Shown here: positions 39,093 to 49,090 of the stretch, piece after piece
How positions within the stretch are numbered: position 1 is the first letter of the stretch
How the letters are laid out: each line of letters starts with the position of its first letter
Source: Candidatus Nanosyncoccus sp.
GTDB lineage: Bacteria; Patescibacteriota; Saccharimonadia; Saccharimonadales; Saccharimonadaceae
DNA: 64,000 nt
Assembly: GCA_045541995.1 (NCBI GenBank)
Contig: JAZQKE010000002.1
Span: 36,399-100,398, forward strand
Reading direction: 5' to 3'
Made by a program: the position numbers and the translations under genes
Notes under the pieces: model-generated
Databases searched by the model: none
Told to the model about the DNA's origin: nothing
Seen by the model: the letters and a program-made list of their open reading frames with translations, nothing else

Positions 39093-39902
39093 TTAGACTT
39101 CCTCCGCAAAATACTTTGATTTTTTCTTGAAATAGAACACTGAGAATACAAAAACAGCAATTACTATCAGGACGGAAACAACTCCCCAGGCCGGACCAGC
39201 TAATTCCCAAGTCGTTGTAGTAGCATCGGTAATTAGATTTTCCCTAACATCCTGGATAACTTGCGCAATTGGATTAATCAAAAGTATTTTTGCTACAATT
39301 ACGCTAGCATCCGTAACCATAGATATAGGATAAAGAATTGGTACTGCATAGAACATAGCCTGCATCAAAACTTCCCAAATAGAACCAATATCGCGGAATT
39401 TGACGTTGATTGCGCCTAGTAGCAGAGAGATACCAAGAGCTAAAACATATAACTCTACGATAGAGATTGGGACAAGCAGCCATGTCCAGCTAAATCCGAT
39501 ACCGGTCAATAGAGCGAAAACAACTACAACACAAAGATTAATTGCAAGGTTAATTAGCGCAGTTGAGGTCGCCGAAACAACAACGATATATTTTGGAAAA
39601 TTAATCTTGCGGATCAAATCACAACGTTGCTCAATTGAATGAATACCCTGAAACGTACACTCTGTGAAAAAGTTCCAGAGCACAGTACCAGTAAGAAGAT
39701 AAACTGGATAGTGAGGCACAGCATCGCCAAAACGTAAAACCTTCGCGAAAACAACGTACAAGATTGCAAACATCAACAGTGGTTTAATAACTGCCCACAA
39801 ATATCCAAGAACAGAGCCCTGGTACCGGAGCTTGAAATCAGTTTTGACAAGCTCACGCAAGAGCACGCCATTCCGCTTTCTGGTATTAGAAATAGAGCTC
39901 AT
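39093..39902 (-). CDS. wzm: Polysaccharide ABC exporter permease (Wzm/TagG-like)
   Basis: LVKTDFKLRYQGSVLGYLW..IKPL, KFRDI...W, FYAVPILYP, NPIAQVI. Confidence 0.92.
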   Translation of the reverse strand: MSSISNTRKRNGVLLRELVKTDFKLRYQGSVLGYLWAVIKPLLMFAILYVVFAKVLRFGDAVPHYPVYLLTGTVLWNFFTECTFQGIHSIEQRCDLIRKINFPKYIVVVSATSTALINLAINLCVVVVFALLTGIGFSWTWLLVPISIVELYVLALGISLLLGAINVKFRDIGSIWEVLMQAMFYAVPILYPISMVTDASVIVAKILLINPIAQVIQDVRENLITDATTTTWELAGPAWGVVSVLIVIAVFVFSVFYFKKKSKYFAEEV

Positions 39903-41467
39903 TTTTTGCTCTCCACTCTTGTATCTTTTCTTTGTTTCATCGACCCTTTTATTATATCATTCTCGGTCAATTTTATCACAATCTGATCAATAAAGTATGT
40001 CATCAAAATTGAGAACAATGGTAAATAATTAAGTAGATATCGTGATGTCGTTTCCCAGACTAAAAAGAAAACAAAAAGCCCCATTAGCGTCAATTTTAAA
40101 ATCAATGACCAGTCTCGTGTTCTTCTGGTAACTACTGCTCCGTAGCAAAAAATTGCTAACATCAATAATTGAAAGCCATGTGCAAAGTAAATGTAGATAG
40201 AACTATACCTTCCATCTGATGTAAAAACGTCTACCATTATATTATTATGTTTTGGGAGCTTATTCAATTGAGCCGAAACATAGTAGGTGCCGTCGCCCCA
40301 AACATAGGAAATCTTTTTAGCTAAGAACCCAACATTGCCGAAAAGACCTCTTTGACTGATCCGTTCTTTAATTGTTTGGACGTTCATAGAGACAGTGTCT
40401 TCCCCATGTTCTATAGAATCAAAGGTCTTTGACACGTCGCTTTCGGTGTAATCACCATATCCCTGCTGTGCCATCATCAACCAGTGTGTAACGGGTGTCT
40501 GTTTAGAAAAGTCTACTATACTTTTCTCGTAATTTTGGACTAGTATATGCCCAGGTAAAAATACGCTTATGAAAATTAGGGCGTACATTAGGAACTGCTT
40601 CAAGTATTTCTTTTCAAACGACGCTAGGAGGTAGATTATCATTGCAACCAGTACGATTATAGAAGTAGCCTTTAATTCAAAAGCAAATAACTCGGTGGCT
40701 GCAAAGGCAATGACAAGTAGGCCACTTTGCCACCACTTTCTCGAGATTTTTCCTGTCAGCCACAAGAAAAGATAAAAACCTAGAGAAATGAAAAACATCG
40801 ATGTTGTATCACTATATAAAATTGGAGTATATAGTATAATCGGCGTAAATAATAGTGCCAGGCCCAGCCCAAAAAGAGCTTTCTTTTGACAGAATAGCTT
40901 CCGCAAGATTAAGTATGTTACAAGGTAAGTACCTGTGATAAACAGCATGTTCAATACCATTTGCAAGCCCTCAATTGACATCGTCAGGCCAAGATGCCAG
41001 GCTCCGCGGATAAATATAATTTCTATCGTTGTGAGGAACAATTGAAAAGGGTAGTGGGTAAAGTATGTGATGTTTCCTATTTGACCAGTTTCGAAATAAT
41101 GACTTATACCCCAATATATCTCATTCGGATCCCAGGTTAGATTAACTACTAATGTTCTTGCGATGAGAACCTCAATCAATAATAGCCCGAGCATCACTAA
41201 GGAGACAACAAGAATTTCCGCCCGTAGGCTTAAGTTAGTATTTTGCTTTATTATCTTTCTGTATACAAAAAAGAGTATCGCGCCTAGTCCCAAAGCAATA
41301 AGAATCACAATCAACATATTGTAGTTATGCATTGCAAAGGTCTCACCATCCACAAATAGGCAGCAAAAAAGGATGATAGACACGATGATTACAAAAATCG
41401 TTGATAGTATTAGGAAGCAATTTTTATTGAATTTTTTTGCCACTTTATTCTCCAACAACTTCCTCAA
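39899..41467 (-). CDS. GT-C/PMT-like membrane glycosyltransferase
   Basis: ~11 TM, WDPNEI, YFTHYPFQ, YSDT, FLVWETTSRYL; TTG start overlapping the upstream GT2. Confidence 0.6.
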   Translation of the reverse strand: MRKLLENKVAKKFNKNCFLILSTIFVIIVSIILFCCLFVDGETFAMHNYNMLIVILIALGLGAILFFVYRKIIKQNTNLSLRAEILVVSLVMLGLLLIEVLIARTLVVNLTWDPNEIYWGISHYFETGQIGNITYFTHYPFQLFLTTIEIIFIRGAWHLGLTMSIEGLQMVLNMLFITGTYLVTYLILRKLFCQKKALFGLGLALLFTPIILYTPILYSDTTSMFFISLGFYLFLWLTGKISRKWWQSGLLVIAFAATELFAFELKATSIIVLVAMIIYLLASFEKKYLKQFLMYALIFISVFLPGHILVQNYEKSIVDFSKQTPVTHWLMMAQQGYGDYTESDVSKTFDSIEHGEDTVSMNVQTIKERISQRGLFGNVGFLAKKISYVWGDGTYYVSAQLNKLPKHNNIMVDVFTSDGRYSSIYIYFAHGFQLLMLAIFCYGAVVTRRTRDWSLILKLTLMGLFVFFLVWETTSRYLLNYLPLFSILMTYFIDQIVIKLTENDIIKGSMKQRKDTRVESKK

Positions 41468-42383
41468 TTACATACCGTGGCCGGCCTTTGCTCTCGGCGT
41501 AGATCTTCCCGACATACTCACCTACTAGCCCCAAAGAAATCATCTGTAGTCCGCCTAAAATCCAAACAGAACAAATGATAAATGTCCACCCGCTTACTGC
41601 ATTACCGACAGCTTTCATGATAAGTGAATAAATCGTAATAATAATACTAATAATGAAGATTAGTGCACCTAACCACAGAACTGCCCTAATCGGCTTAATA
41701 GAGAAGGAGGTAATTCCGTCCCAAGCAAACTTGAGCATCTTTTTTAGTGGATATTTGCTCTCCCCAGCAAAACGCTCCGCGCGGGGGTATTTAACTTCGC
41801 TGGTTTTCAGACCTATAAGCGGTACTAAACCACGTAAGAACAAGTTAACTTCCTTGTACTTTGATAATTCCTCTAGTGCACGTTTGCTCATCAAGCGATA
41901 ATCAGCAGAGTTGTAAACCACTTCTGCGCCCAATAAATTCATGATTTTATAAAAGGCTAATGCAGTGCGACGTTTAAAAGCTGAATCCGTTTTACGCTCG
42001 CTCCGCACACCATAGACGATTTCACTCCCGCCCTCATATTCTACTAACATTTTATCGATTGCATTAATATCATCTTGTAGGTCTGCGTCCATCGAAATAA
42101 CAATATCTGCATGGTCTTTTGCATACATCAACCCAGCGAGCAGAGCATTTTGATGGCCGCGATTACGGGCTAGCTTTAGCCCAATCACTGGAGAACCGTA
42201 GCCTGAGATCTTCTCCCAAGTTTTGTCCTTAGAACCATCGTCCACATAAACAATCTTGCTTGTCTTATCAATCTTTTTTGCAGTAATTAGGTCGGCAAGT
42301 TTTTGCCTTAGTCGTCCTGTTGTCTCGTCCAGACAAGCCTCTTCGTTATAGCAAGGTAGAACTAGATATAATACGTTTTTCAT
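41445..42383 (-). CDS. GtrB-like polyprenyl-phosphate glycosyltransferase (GT2)
   Basis: VLPCYNEE, VDDGSKD, LARNRGHQNALLAGL, MDADLQD, SADYRLMS, RFAGESKY, two C-terminal TM; start moved to 42383. Confidence 0.9.
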   Translation of the reverse strand: MKNVLYLVLPCYNEEACLDETTGRLRQKLADLITAKKIDKTSKIVYVDDGSKDKTWEKISGYGSPVIGLKLARNRGHQNALLAGLMYAKDHADIVISMDADLQDDINAIDKMLVEYEGGSEIVYGVRSERKTDSAFKRRTALAFYKIMNLLGAEVVYNSADYRLMSKRALEELSKYKEVNLFLRGLVPLIGLKTSEVKYPRAERFAGESKYPLKKMLKFAWDGITSFSIKPIRAVLWLGALIFIISIIITIYSLIMKAVGNAVSGWTFIICSVWILGGLQMISLGLVGEYVGKIYAESKGRPRYVIEEVVGE

Positions 42384-42418
42384 ATTACTATTATACCATT
42401 TATAGTATAATAATACAT

Positions 42419-43423
42419 ATGCAAACACCCCTAATTTCCGTAATCATTCCAGTTTACAATGTGCGAATGTACCTTGAAGAGTGTCTGGAATCACTTCGCA
42501 AACAAAATTACCCCAAGCTTGAATTTATTCTTGTTAACGACGGTTCTAATGATGGCAGTGGCGTCTTTTGTGATGAGTTTGCAAAAAAGGATTCCCGTTT
42601 CAAGGTAATTCATCAGGATAATCGCGGCCTTTCCGCCGCACGCAATCGCGGCATCCAAGAAGCAAAGGGCCAATACATCACTTTCGTAGATTCAGACGAT
42701 TACGTAGACGGCAATTACGTTAGCTACTTATTTGATTTGGCTAACAAAAACCAGACTGCCCTTTCTATTTGCCCGATCAAAGAGCTAACCATTAAAAACC
42801 ACCTTATAAATTATGGCAACGGATACGCCAACAAAGTTATGAGCACCGAGGAAGCTCTTGGTCGCATGCTCCGCGAAGAGGGCTTTACTGTGGTCGCTTA
42901 CGCCAAACTCTACCACCGCAATCTTTGGTCTGATGTCGCATTTCCTGAGGGGCGTATCCACGAAGATCTCGCCACCACCTATAAATTGATAGAAAAATGC
43001 CCGCGCATCGCTTTTGGCCACTCTGCCAAGTATATTTATAGAAAGCGTAACGATTCAATCTCGAACGACGGTTTTTCCAACAAAAAATTCGACATCATCA
43101 CTTTCACCGACACCATGTGTGATGACATCCAGTCAAAATATCCATATCTGCTTAACTCTATTAATTTGCGTAGAATGCACGCAAGATTTACCGTTCTAAG
43201 GCAGCTTCTACTAGCAAAAAATCTCTCTGCCACGCAAAAAGCTTCCAAAGAAAAAATCGTGGACTATCTAATCTATCACAAAGACTTTATCACTAAAAAT
43301 ACCTGTGCGAACTTCCGTGATAAGGTCGCTCTGCTTGTGCTTATGATAGGCGAACCAGTCTTTGCATTACTTTGGAGAGCATACGTAATTTTCACTCACT
43401 ATTTTGGAAAATTTTTCCGCTAG
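42419..43423 (+). CDS. GT2 glycosyltransferase
   Basis: ISVIIPVYNVRMYLEECL, VNDGSND, NRGLSAARN.G, FVDSDD, HEDL; start moved to 42419. Confidence 0.92.
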   Translation: MQTPLISVIIPVYNVRMYLEECLESLRKQNYPKLEFILVNDGSNDGSGVFCDEFAKKDSRFKVIHQDNRGLSAARNRGIQEAKGQYITFVDSDDYVDGNYVSYLFDLANKNQTALSICPIKELTIKNHLINYGNGYANKVMSTEEALGRMLREEGFTVVAYAKLYHRNLWSDVAFPEGRIHEDLATTYKLIEKCPRIAFGHSAKYIYRKRNDSISNDGFSNKKFDIITFTDTMCDDIQSKYPYLLNSINLRRMHARFTVLRQLLLAKNLSATQKASKEKIVDYLIYHKDFITKNTCANFRDKVALLVLMIGEPVFALLWRAYVIFTHYFGKFFR

Positions 43424-43481
43424 CCAAAACATGCAGGTATCTAACCAGGCGATTTTACAACTCTCAAAGATTCAACTATAG

Positions 43482-44480
43482 TTAGGAGATAAACCGCAAA
43501 GTATCTTCCATCGCATCGTCGATAGAGAGTTCTGCCTTCCAACCCAACTCGCGCTCGGCCTTACCAGGGTTTGCACAAAGCACAGGCAAATCGCCAGCTC
43601 TACGTTCTGTCACGACATAAGGCAGTTTCTTGCCGCTTGCTTTGTCAAAAGCAGCTATCATCTCTAGCACAGACGTGCCTTTGCCAGTTCCTAGATTATA
43701 AATCTGTGTGCCGGTATGCATCTTATCAAGGGCGGCTACATGGCCTTTTGCCAAATCTACTACATGGATATAATCACGCACACAAGTCCCGTCCGGTGTC
43801 GGATAATCATCTCCGTATACAGACAGTTCTGGATATACACCCTGTGCCACTTTCATTACGATCGGCATTAAATTATTTGGACGGCCATTTGGATCTTCGC
43901 CAAGCTTGCCAGATTTATGCGCGCCTACAGGATTAAAATATCTCAGAATTGTAGCGCTAAATTTAGGATCTGCTACGCAAACGTCTTTTAAAATTTCCTC
44001 AATCATATACTTAGTGCGACCATATGGATTAGTAATACCTTGGCCGGTCGGCAAATCTTCTGCTAGGCCAGCTTCTGTCACTTCTCCAGGATCTCCATAG
44101 ACCGTGGCCGAAGAAGAAAAGACGATTTTCTTAACATCATGTTTTGCCATAGATTTTAGCAAATTCAGCGTACCGGTAATATTGTTGTCATAATAACGAA
44201 TTGGTTGCTCCACGCTTTCGCCTACTGCCTTTAGCCCAGCAAAATGAATTACTGCGTCAAAGTTACTATTCTCAAAAACCTGATCAGTCGCTGATGCATT
44301 GAGTAAATCCACCTCATGGAATTTTGGCTTGATACCAGTTAATTCCTCGATCACATCGAGCACGCTAACCTTACTATTAAATAAGTTATCTAAAATTTCT
44401 ACTTCGTGGCCTGCAGCTATCAGTTCGACTACAGTATGAGATCCAATATATCCGGTCCCACCAGTTACTAAAATTTTCAT
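43482..44480 (-). CDS. galE: UDP-glucose 4-epimerase
   Basis: GGTGYIG, HFAGLKAVGES, FSSSATVYG, NPYGRTK, LRYFNP, RDYIHVVDLA; SD AAGGAGG. Confidence 0.96.
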   Translation of the reverse strand: MKILVTGGTGYIGSHTVVELIAAGHEVEILDNLFNSKVSVLDVIEELTGIKPKFHEVDLLNASATDQVFENSNFDAVIHFAGLKAVGESVEQPIRYYDNNITGTLNLLKSMAKHDVKKIVFSSSATVYGDPGEVTEAGLAEDLPTGQGITNPYGRTKYMIEEILKDVCVADPKFSATILRYFNPVGAHKSGKLGEDPNGRPNNLMPIVMKVAQGVYPELSVYGDDYPTPDGTCVRDYIHVVDLAKGHVAALDKMHTGTQIYNLGTGKGTSVLEMIAAFDKASGKKLPYVVTERRAGDLPVLCANPGKAERELGWKAELSIDDAMEDTLRFIS

Positions 44481-44590
44481 AGATTCCTCCTTACATTAAT
44501 ACAAAGATGAGCCTAGTTTCTCAAAAGCTTGTGCAACACTCGACCCACTTGTCTCTTAACTAATTATACTATAAATGCTATAATATACCT

Positions 44591-46015
44591 ATGAAAAAAG
44601 ACCCAGGGTTAGTGTTCCGCATTATCCTAATTTTCGCCGATGCGCTTGCTATTATTGCAGCATTTTTGATTGCGTACCTAGTCCGTATTCATTTTGACAG
44701 TCGTCCGTATTATTTTGAGGCCGAGCCAGCTGTATTTATTACCACTATTATGTTAATCATCCCGTTCTGGCTAATCATCCACGCAATTATCGGTCTTTAT
44801 CGCAAGTCCATCATCATCTCACATTCTCGTTTTCCAGAGTTAGCGCGCTTGTTTGCCGCGGCCATTATCGATATCATGGCGCTTATCACTTACGAGTTCT
44901 TCACCGGCAAGAATTTTTTCCCGACTCGTACCGTCGCCATTTATGCTATGCTTCTATGTTTTATTATGCTCTGCATCTTTCGCGGTATCATTCATTATAT
45001 CCGCAATCGGATTCTTCGCCGCCATCACGGCACGCTCCGTGCGCTCATTATCGGCAATAGCTCTAATACCATGCGCATTACTGAGCACATCGCTGATTTT
45101 CCAGAAGATGGATATAGCCTTGCCGCTATCGTTTCCAACAAAAAATACATACCAGACGAGTTTCTTAGCAAGCGTTATACTTCGCTCAAAGAGGCCTTAT
45201 CAAAAACTCATGTTGATGTCATCTTCCAGACAGATGAGCAGGGAAGTGAGTATGTCTACGGCCAGGCGATCAAGCACCATTTGCTTTACTACTTTGTACC
45301 GTCAGAATCAGCACTTTTTTCACACATCGGCAATTTGCAGCTATTTGGGGATACCCCAGCTATCTTAGTCAAAGTCACACCATTAATCGGCGGTGCCCGT
45401 ATCGCCAAGCGTACCATGGATATAATTATTGGGCTGGTTGGTTTTATCCTGGCGCTTATCCCGATGATCATTATTTGGCTTGTGATTAAACTTTCTGACA
45501 TTCACCACGGCGCAATTTATTCTGAGTACCGTCTTTCTCGTTACAACAAAAAAGTTAAAATTTTCAAATTCCGCTCCATGCGTCCAGAATATTCGGGCAT
45601 GTCTCCAGAAGCTGCCTTTACGAAAATGGGCCGTCCAGAGCTGATAGAAAAATATCGTTCAGGTGGCGATTACTTACCAAACGATCCTCGCATTACCAAA
45701 ATTGGACGTTTTATTCGCAAGACTTCACTCGATGAACTTCCTCAGCTGTTTAATGTTGTCCGCGGCGATATTTCACTCGTAGGCCCACGCGCCTTAGTGC
45801 CAGGCGAGCTTCGTGATTACGGCGATCGTTCTCTCCTTCTATCTGTCAAATCTGGACTCACTGGGTTGGCACAAGTCTCCGGCCGCCGCGATATTTCATT
45901 CGAAGAGCGACGCTCTCTTGATTTGTATTACGTCCAAAACTGGTCGCTCTGGCTAGATATCACCATCCTTTTCCGGACCATTGGCTCTGTCATTTTTCGG
46001 AAAGGCGCTAAGTAA
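44591..46015 (+). CDS. Polyprenyl-phosphate sugar-1-phosphate priming transferase (WcaJ/WbaP/CpsE family)
   Basis: Four N-terminal TM, KRTMDII, KFRSM, DPRITKIGRFIRKTSLDELPQLFNV..GDISLVGPR, KSGLTGLAQV.GR. Confidence 0.93.
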   Translation: MKKDPGLVFRIILIFADALAIIAAFLIAYLVRIHFDSRPYYFEAEPAVFITTIMLIIPFWLIIHAIIGLYRKSIIISHSRFPELARLFAAAIIDIMALITYEFFTGKNFFPTRTVAIYAMLLCFIMLCIFRGIIHYIRNRILRRHHGTLRALIIGNSSNTMRITEHIADFPEDGYSLAAIVSNKKYIPDEFLSKRYTSLKEALSKTHVDVIFQTDEQGSEYVYGQAIKHHLLYYFVPSESALFSHIGNLQLFGDTPAILVKVTPLIGGARIAKRTMDIIIGLVGFILALIPMIIIWLVIKLSDIHHGAIYSEYRLSRYNKKVKIFKFRSMRPEYSGMSPEAAFTKMGRPELIEKYRSGGDYLPNDPRITKIGRFIRKTSLDELPQLFNVVRGDISLVGPRALVPGELRDYGDRSLLLSVKSGLTGLAQVSGRRDISFEERRSLDLYYVQNWSLWLDITILFRTIGSVIFRKGAK

Positions 46016-46017
46016 TA

Positions 46018-47166
46018 ATGCGCGTAGCCTTAGTCTGCGATTGGCTCACAACTGTAGGTGGAGCAGAGTCTGTTTTGCTTGCATTGCACCAGATGTATCC
46101 AGAAGCTCCAATTTACACCTCCAAGTATACTCCCAAGAATATAGACTGGTTTCAGGATGCAGAGATTAAAACCGGATTTTTACAATACTTTCCAAACTGC
46201 CTGCGCCGTTTTATCGGTCCCCTGAGGCAATTTTATTTTTCTCACCTTGATTTGTCCGATTATGATCTTGTTATTTCCGTTACCGGCGCAGAGGCAAAAG
46301 CTGTCAAGACGTGGTCAGGAAAACATCACTGTGTTCACCTTTGCTACTGCCACGTTCCTACCCAGTATTATTGGGAAATGTATGACGACTATATTAAAAA
46401 TCCAGGGTTTGGAATTCTAAATCCCATAGCGCGTCTAGGGTTAAAACTTTTAGTTAGGCCCCTCCGAAAAAAAGATTATCAATCCGCTCAGCGCCCAGAT
46501 CAATTTATTACTATCTCTTCCTATGCTGCAGATTTAATAAAAAAATATTATGGTAGGGAATCAGTTATTATTAACCCACCTGCTAATCTTAAAAAGATTT
46601 CCACGAGTAAAAGCGAGTTTTCCACTGCAAAAGACCATAAAACTAGAAAAAATCAAACGAAAAACAAAACAAATTATATCACAACTTCCAGACAAGTCAA
46701 CTGGAAAAGGTTAGATCTTTGTGTCAAAGCTTGCCTTCAAACAGGGGATAATTTGACTCTAATTGGTGATGGCCCAGAGCATAATAATCTAGTGCAACTA
46801 GCCCGCGGTGCTGATAATATTCATTTTCTCCCTACTATGTCGCAGTCCCAATTAGGCCAGTACCTTTTAGCTAGTGATGCGTTTCTCTTTCCTAGCATGG
46901 AGCCTTTTGGCCTAGCTCCCGTAGAAGCTATGGCGATGGGCCTGCCAGTTTTGGCCTACAAAAAAGGCGGAGCTTTAGATTTCATTAAACCCGGCCAAAA
47001 CGGTATTTTCTTTGATCAGCAAACAGTCTCATCATTAGTAAAAGCGATGACAGAGGCCAAAAAGATAAAATGGTCTCCCGAAAAAATCAGACAATCTGCC
47101 ATGGGTTACGATCAGTCCGTATTCAAGCAAAAAATGCAGGAGCTCATCAATGCAAAAGTACGCTAA
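46018..47166 (+). CDS. GT4 glycosyltransferase
   Basis: DWLTTVGGAE, LCYCHVPTQYYW, EPFGLAPVEAMAMG.PV. Confidence 0.9.
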   Translation: MRVALVCDWLTTVGGAESVLLALHQMYPEAPIYTSKYTPKNIDWFQDAEIKTGFLQYFPNCLRRFIGPLRQFYFSHLDLSDYDLVISVTGAEAKAVKTWSGKHHCVHLCYCHVPTQYYWEMYDDYIKNPGFGILNPIARLGLKLLVRPLRKKDYQSAQRPDQFITISSYAADLIKKYYGRESVIINPPANLKKISTSKSEFSTAKDHKTRKNQTKNKTNYITTSRQVNWKRLDLCVKACLQTGDNLTLIGDGPEHNNLVQLARGADNIHFLPTMSQSQLGQYLLASDAFLFPSMEPFGLAPVEAMAMGLPVLAYKKGGALDFIKPGQNGIFFDQQTVSSLVKAMTEAKKIKWSPEKIRQSAMGYDQSVFKQKMQELINAKVR

Positions 47167-48619
47167 AAAAATAGTCACTGCGCTTATTCTTATCATGCCG
47201 CTCGCACTTTTTTTGTCGTATCACCCGGTTATCTCGCTCGGCGCAAATTCAGCCATGAACTTTGAGTTTTCTATAGCCGAGATCTGGCTCTGTATCTTCT
47301 GTCTCGTCTCATTATTTTTTATCAAAAAAGTAATGAGGTACTATGGTTGGAAAAAACTCTGTCTTGCGGCGTTAATTCCAGCTTACTTTACCGTTTCTGC
47401 GGCCTGGTCGACCAATCGCATTCGTACACTACTTACAGCGGGAATATTTTGGCTCATTGTGTTTGCAGCTCTTAATCTAATCTTTTGGTTGAAAAACGAC
47501 AACGGCCCAGAGCTTCGCCGCAAATTAGTAAAGTCATTACTCATTACTGCCGTGGGTGTATCAGTTTTTTGCTGGGCACAATGTACCCTCGATCTTGCAG
47601 GCGTCGCTCGTGATTACACACTTCTCTGCCAAGGCTGTATTTCTACCAAATTTGGCTTTCCCCATCCAAACGGTTTTGCCATCGAGCCGCAATTTATGGG
47701 CAACCTCTTGTTAGCGCCGGTCCTGCTTGGCTTCTATTTATTAATTAGCCCTACCGAGCGTGCCAAAAAACCTTCCCAGAGGATCGTCTTGTTTATCACC
47801 ACTATTTTTCTTACTGCTACACTATTTCTTACCTTTTCACGTGGGGCGATTTACGCATTTATTATCGGGTTGATATTAGAGATAATTTTAGCAATTGCCC
47901 AATATCGATGTAGTACCCCCAAGCATCGCAAAAAAGTCTCATTAAAAACTACCATCTTTCAGCCAGTTCTGATTGCAGCCATAGCATTTACTGCTAGTCT
48001 TTGTGCCCAAGGGTTGTTTGCGGCAATGGGCCCTACCAACGATACCTTTTATTCTGGTATCGCTAAAGCCGTCCACCAGCTTTCGCTTGGTAAAATAGAT
48101 ATTCGTTCTACGGATGTTACGCAAACACAGCAAGATCAGAATCAGCCCGAGGAGCAGAGCTCCCAATTCACTGGTTATGTTGCAGAATCGACAGATGTTC
48201 GTCTCAGCCTTAATCAAATTGCTATCAGGACTTGGCAATCAAACGCACAATACCTATTAGTTGGCACAGGACTCGGTGGTGCTGGTGTTGCAATGAATGC
48301 CGCTTTTCCAGACGAGCTCGGTCCCAAAGAAATCGTACAAAACGAGTACGTCAGCCTTTTGCTAGAGACCGGAATAATTGGTTACGCCATTATTCTAGCA
48401 GTCACTTTTGCGTCCGTTAAATATATCATTGTCAACAACAAAAAGGCGCATCTGGCCTTTGCCAAACAGCTTCTACTTCCGCTTTTCGCCGGAATCTCTT
48501 TGGCCTTTTTGCTTTCGTTGCTTTTCTTCTCCGGCCTTCCTAACGCCATCCACATCTACCTTTTCCCGTTGATTTTCATCGGCCTTGGCAGTGCCAAAAA
48601 CGATACGATTGTAGAATAG
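47150..48619 (+). CDS. O-antigen ligase / O-oligosaccharyltransferase-like (Wzy_C) membrane protein
   Basis: ~12 TM, GFAIEPQF, TFSRGA, R..L...A...W.....VGTGLGG, VQNEYVSLLLETGIIG. Confidence 0.75.
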   Translation: MQKYAKKIVTALILIMPLALFLSYHPVISLGANSAMNFEFSIAEIWLCIFCLVSLFFIKKVMRYYGWKKLCLAALIPAYFTVSAAWSTNRIRTLLTAGIFWLIVFAALNLIFWLKNDNGPELRRKLVKSLLITAVGVSVFCWAQCTLDLAGVARDYTLLCQGCISTKFGFPHPNGFAIEPQFMGNLLLAPVLLGFYLLISPTERAKKPSQRIVLFITTIFLTATLFLTFSRGAIYAFIIGLILEIILAIAQYRCSTPKHRKKVSLKTTIFQPVLIAAIAFTASLCAQGLFAAMGPTNDTFYSGIAKAVHQLSLGKIDIRSTDVTQTQQDQNQPEEQSSQFTGYVAESTDVRLSLNQIAIRTWQSNAQYLLVGTGLGGAGVAMNAAFPDELGPKEIVQNEYVSLLLETGIIGYAIILAVTFASVKYIIVNNKKAHLAFAKQLLLPLFAGISLAFLLSLLFFSGLPNAIHIYLFPLIFIGLGSAKNDTIVE

Positions 48620-49051
48620 ATAGTTAAGAACCATTGTTACCGCAATCATCAATACAAATATGCCAGTGCTTTCTACAAACTCGTAAGAAAACGGTAGACC
48701 AATACCGTCGGTAATCATAAACGCAAACTGATATAGACCGGTCAGTATTCCAAAGATAAAGGTAAGCACCGGGCGAATTGCGATCACAAGCAAGATGTTC
48801 CAGGCAAAGAATTTAACGATGCCGTATTTTCCCGGATCACGCTCTTTCCAAGTAATGTGGCTATGCAGCATATATGCTGCAAAAGTCGCGACCGTGCCAG
48901 AGATCATTGTTGCAAGCCAATATAAATTAGGATTTCCGCCAAAGACCACCACTGCGAATAAACTGTAGAGTGCATAATCAACAATTGTGCAAGTGATTCC
49001 TACACCAGTAAACTTTAAGATTCTGTTTATTAGCGTATTTTCTTTCTTCAT
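48473..49051 (-). CDS. GtrA family flippase-like protein
   Basis: RILKFTGVGITCTIVDY, four TM, VLNYLFYNRIVF; ATG at 49051 preferred. Confidence 0.75.
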   Translation of the reverse strand: MKKENTLINRILKFTGVGITCTIVDYALYSLFAVVVFGGNPNLYWLATMISGTVATFAAYMLHSHITWKERDPGKYGIVKFFAWNILLVIAIRPVLTFIFGILTGLYQFAFMITDGIGLPFSYEFVESTGIFVLMIAVTMVLNYLFYNRIVFGTAKADENQREKVDVDGVRKAGEEKQRKQKGQRDSGEKRK

Positions 49052-49090
49052 AATTACATCTATTTTACTACTTCTCTTATCAAAAACCAA

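Noticed and set aside
42320-42428. Overlapping divergent N-termini implied by the ORF track (also 33178, 49090, 54448, 55626)
   Set aside because: Downstream ATGs (42383, 42419, 33160, 49051, 54355, 55635) fit the family N-termini, and all but 49051 also fit the -10 or SD spacing; the extensions translate promoter DNA
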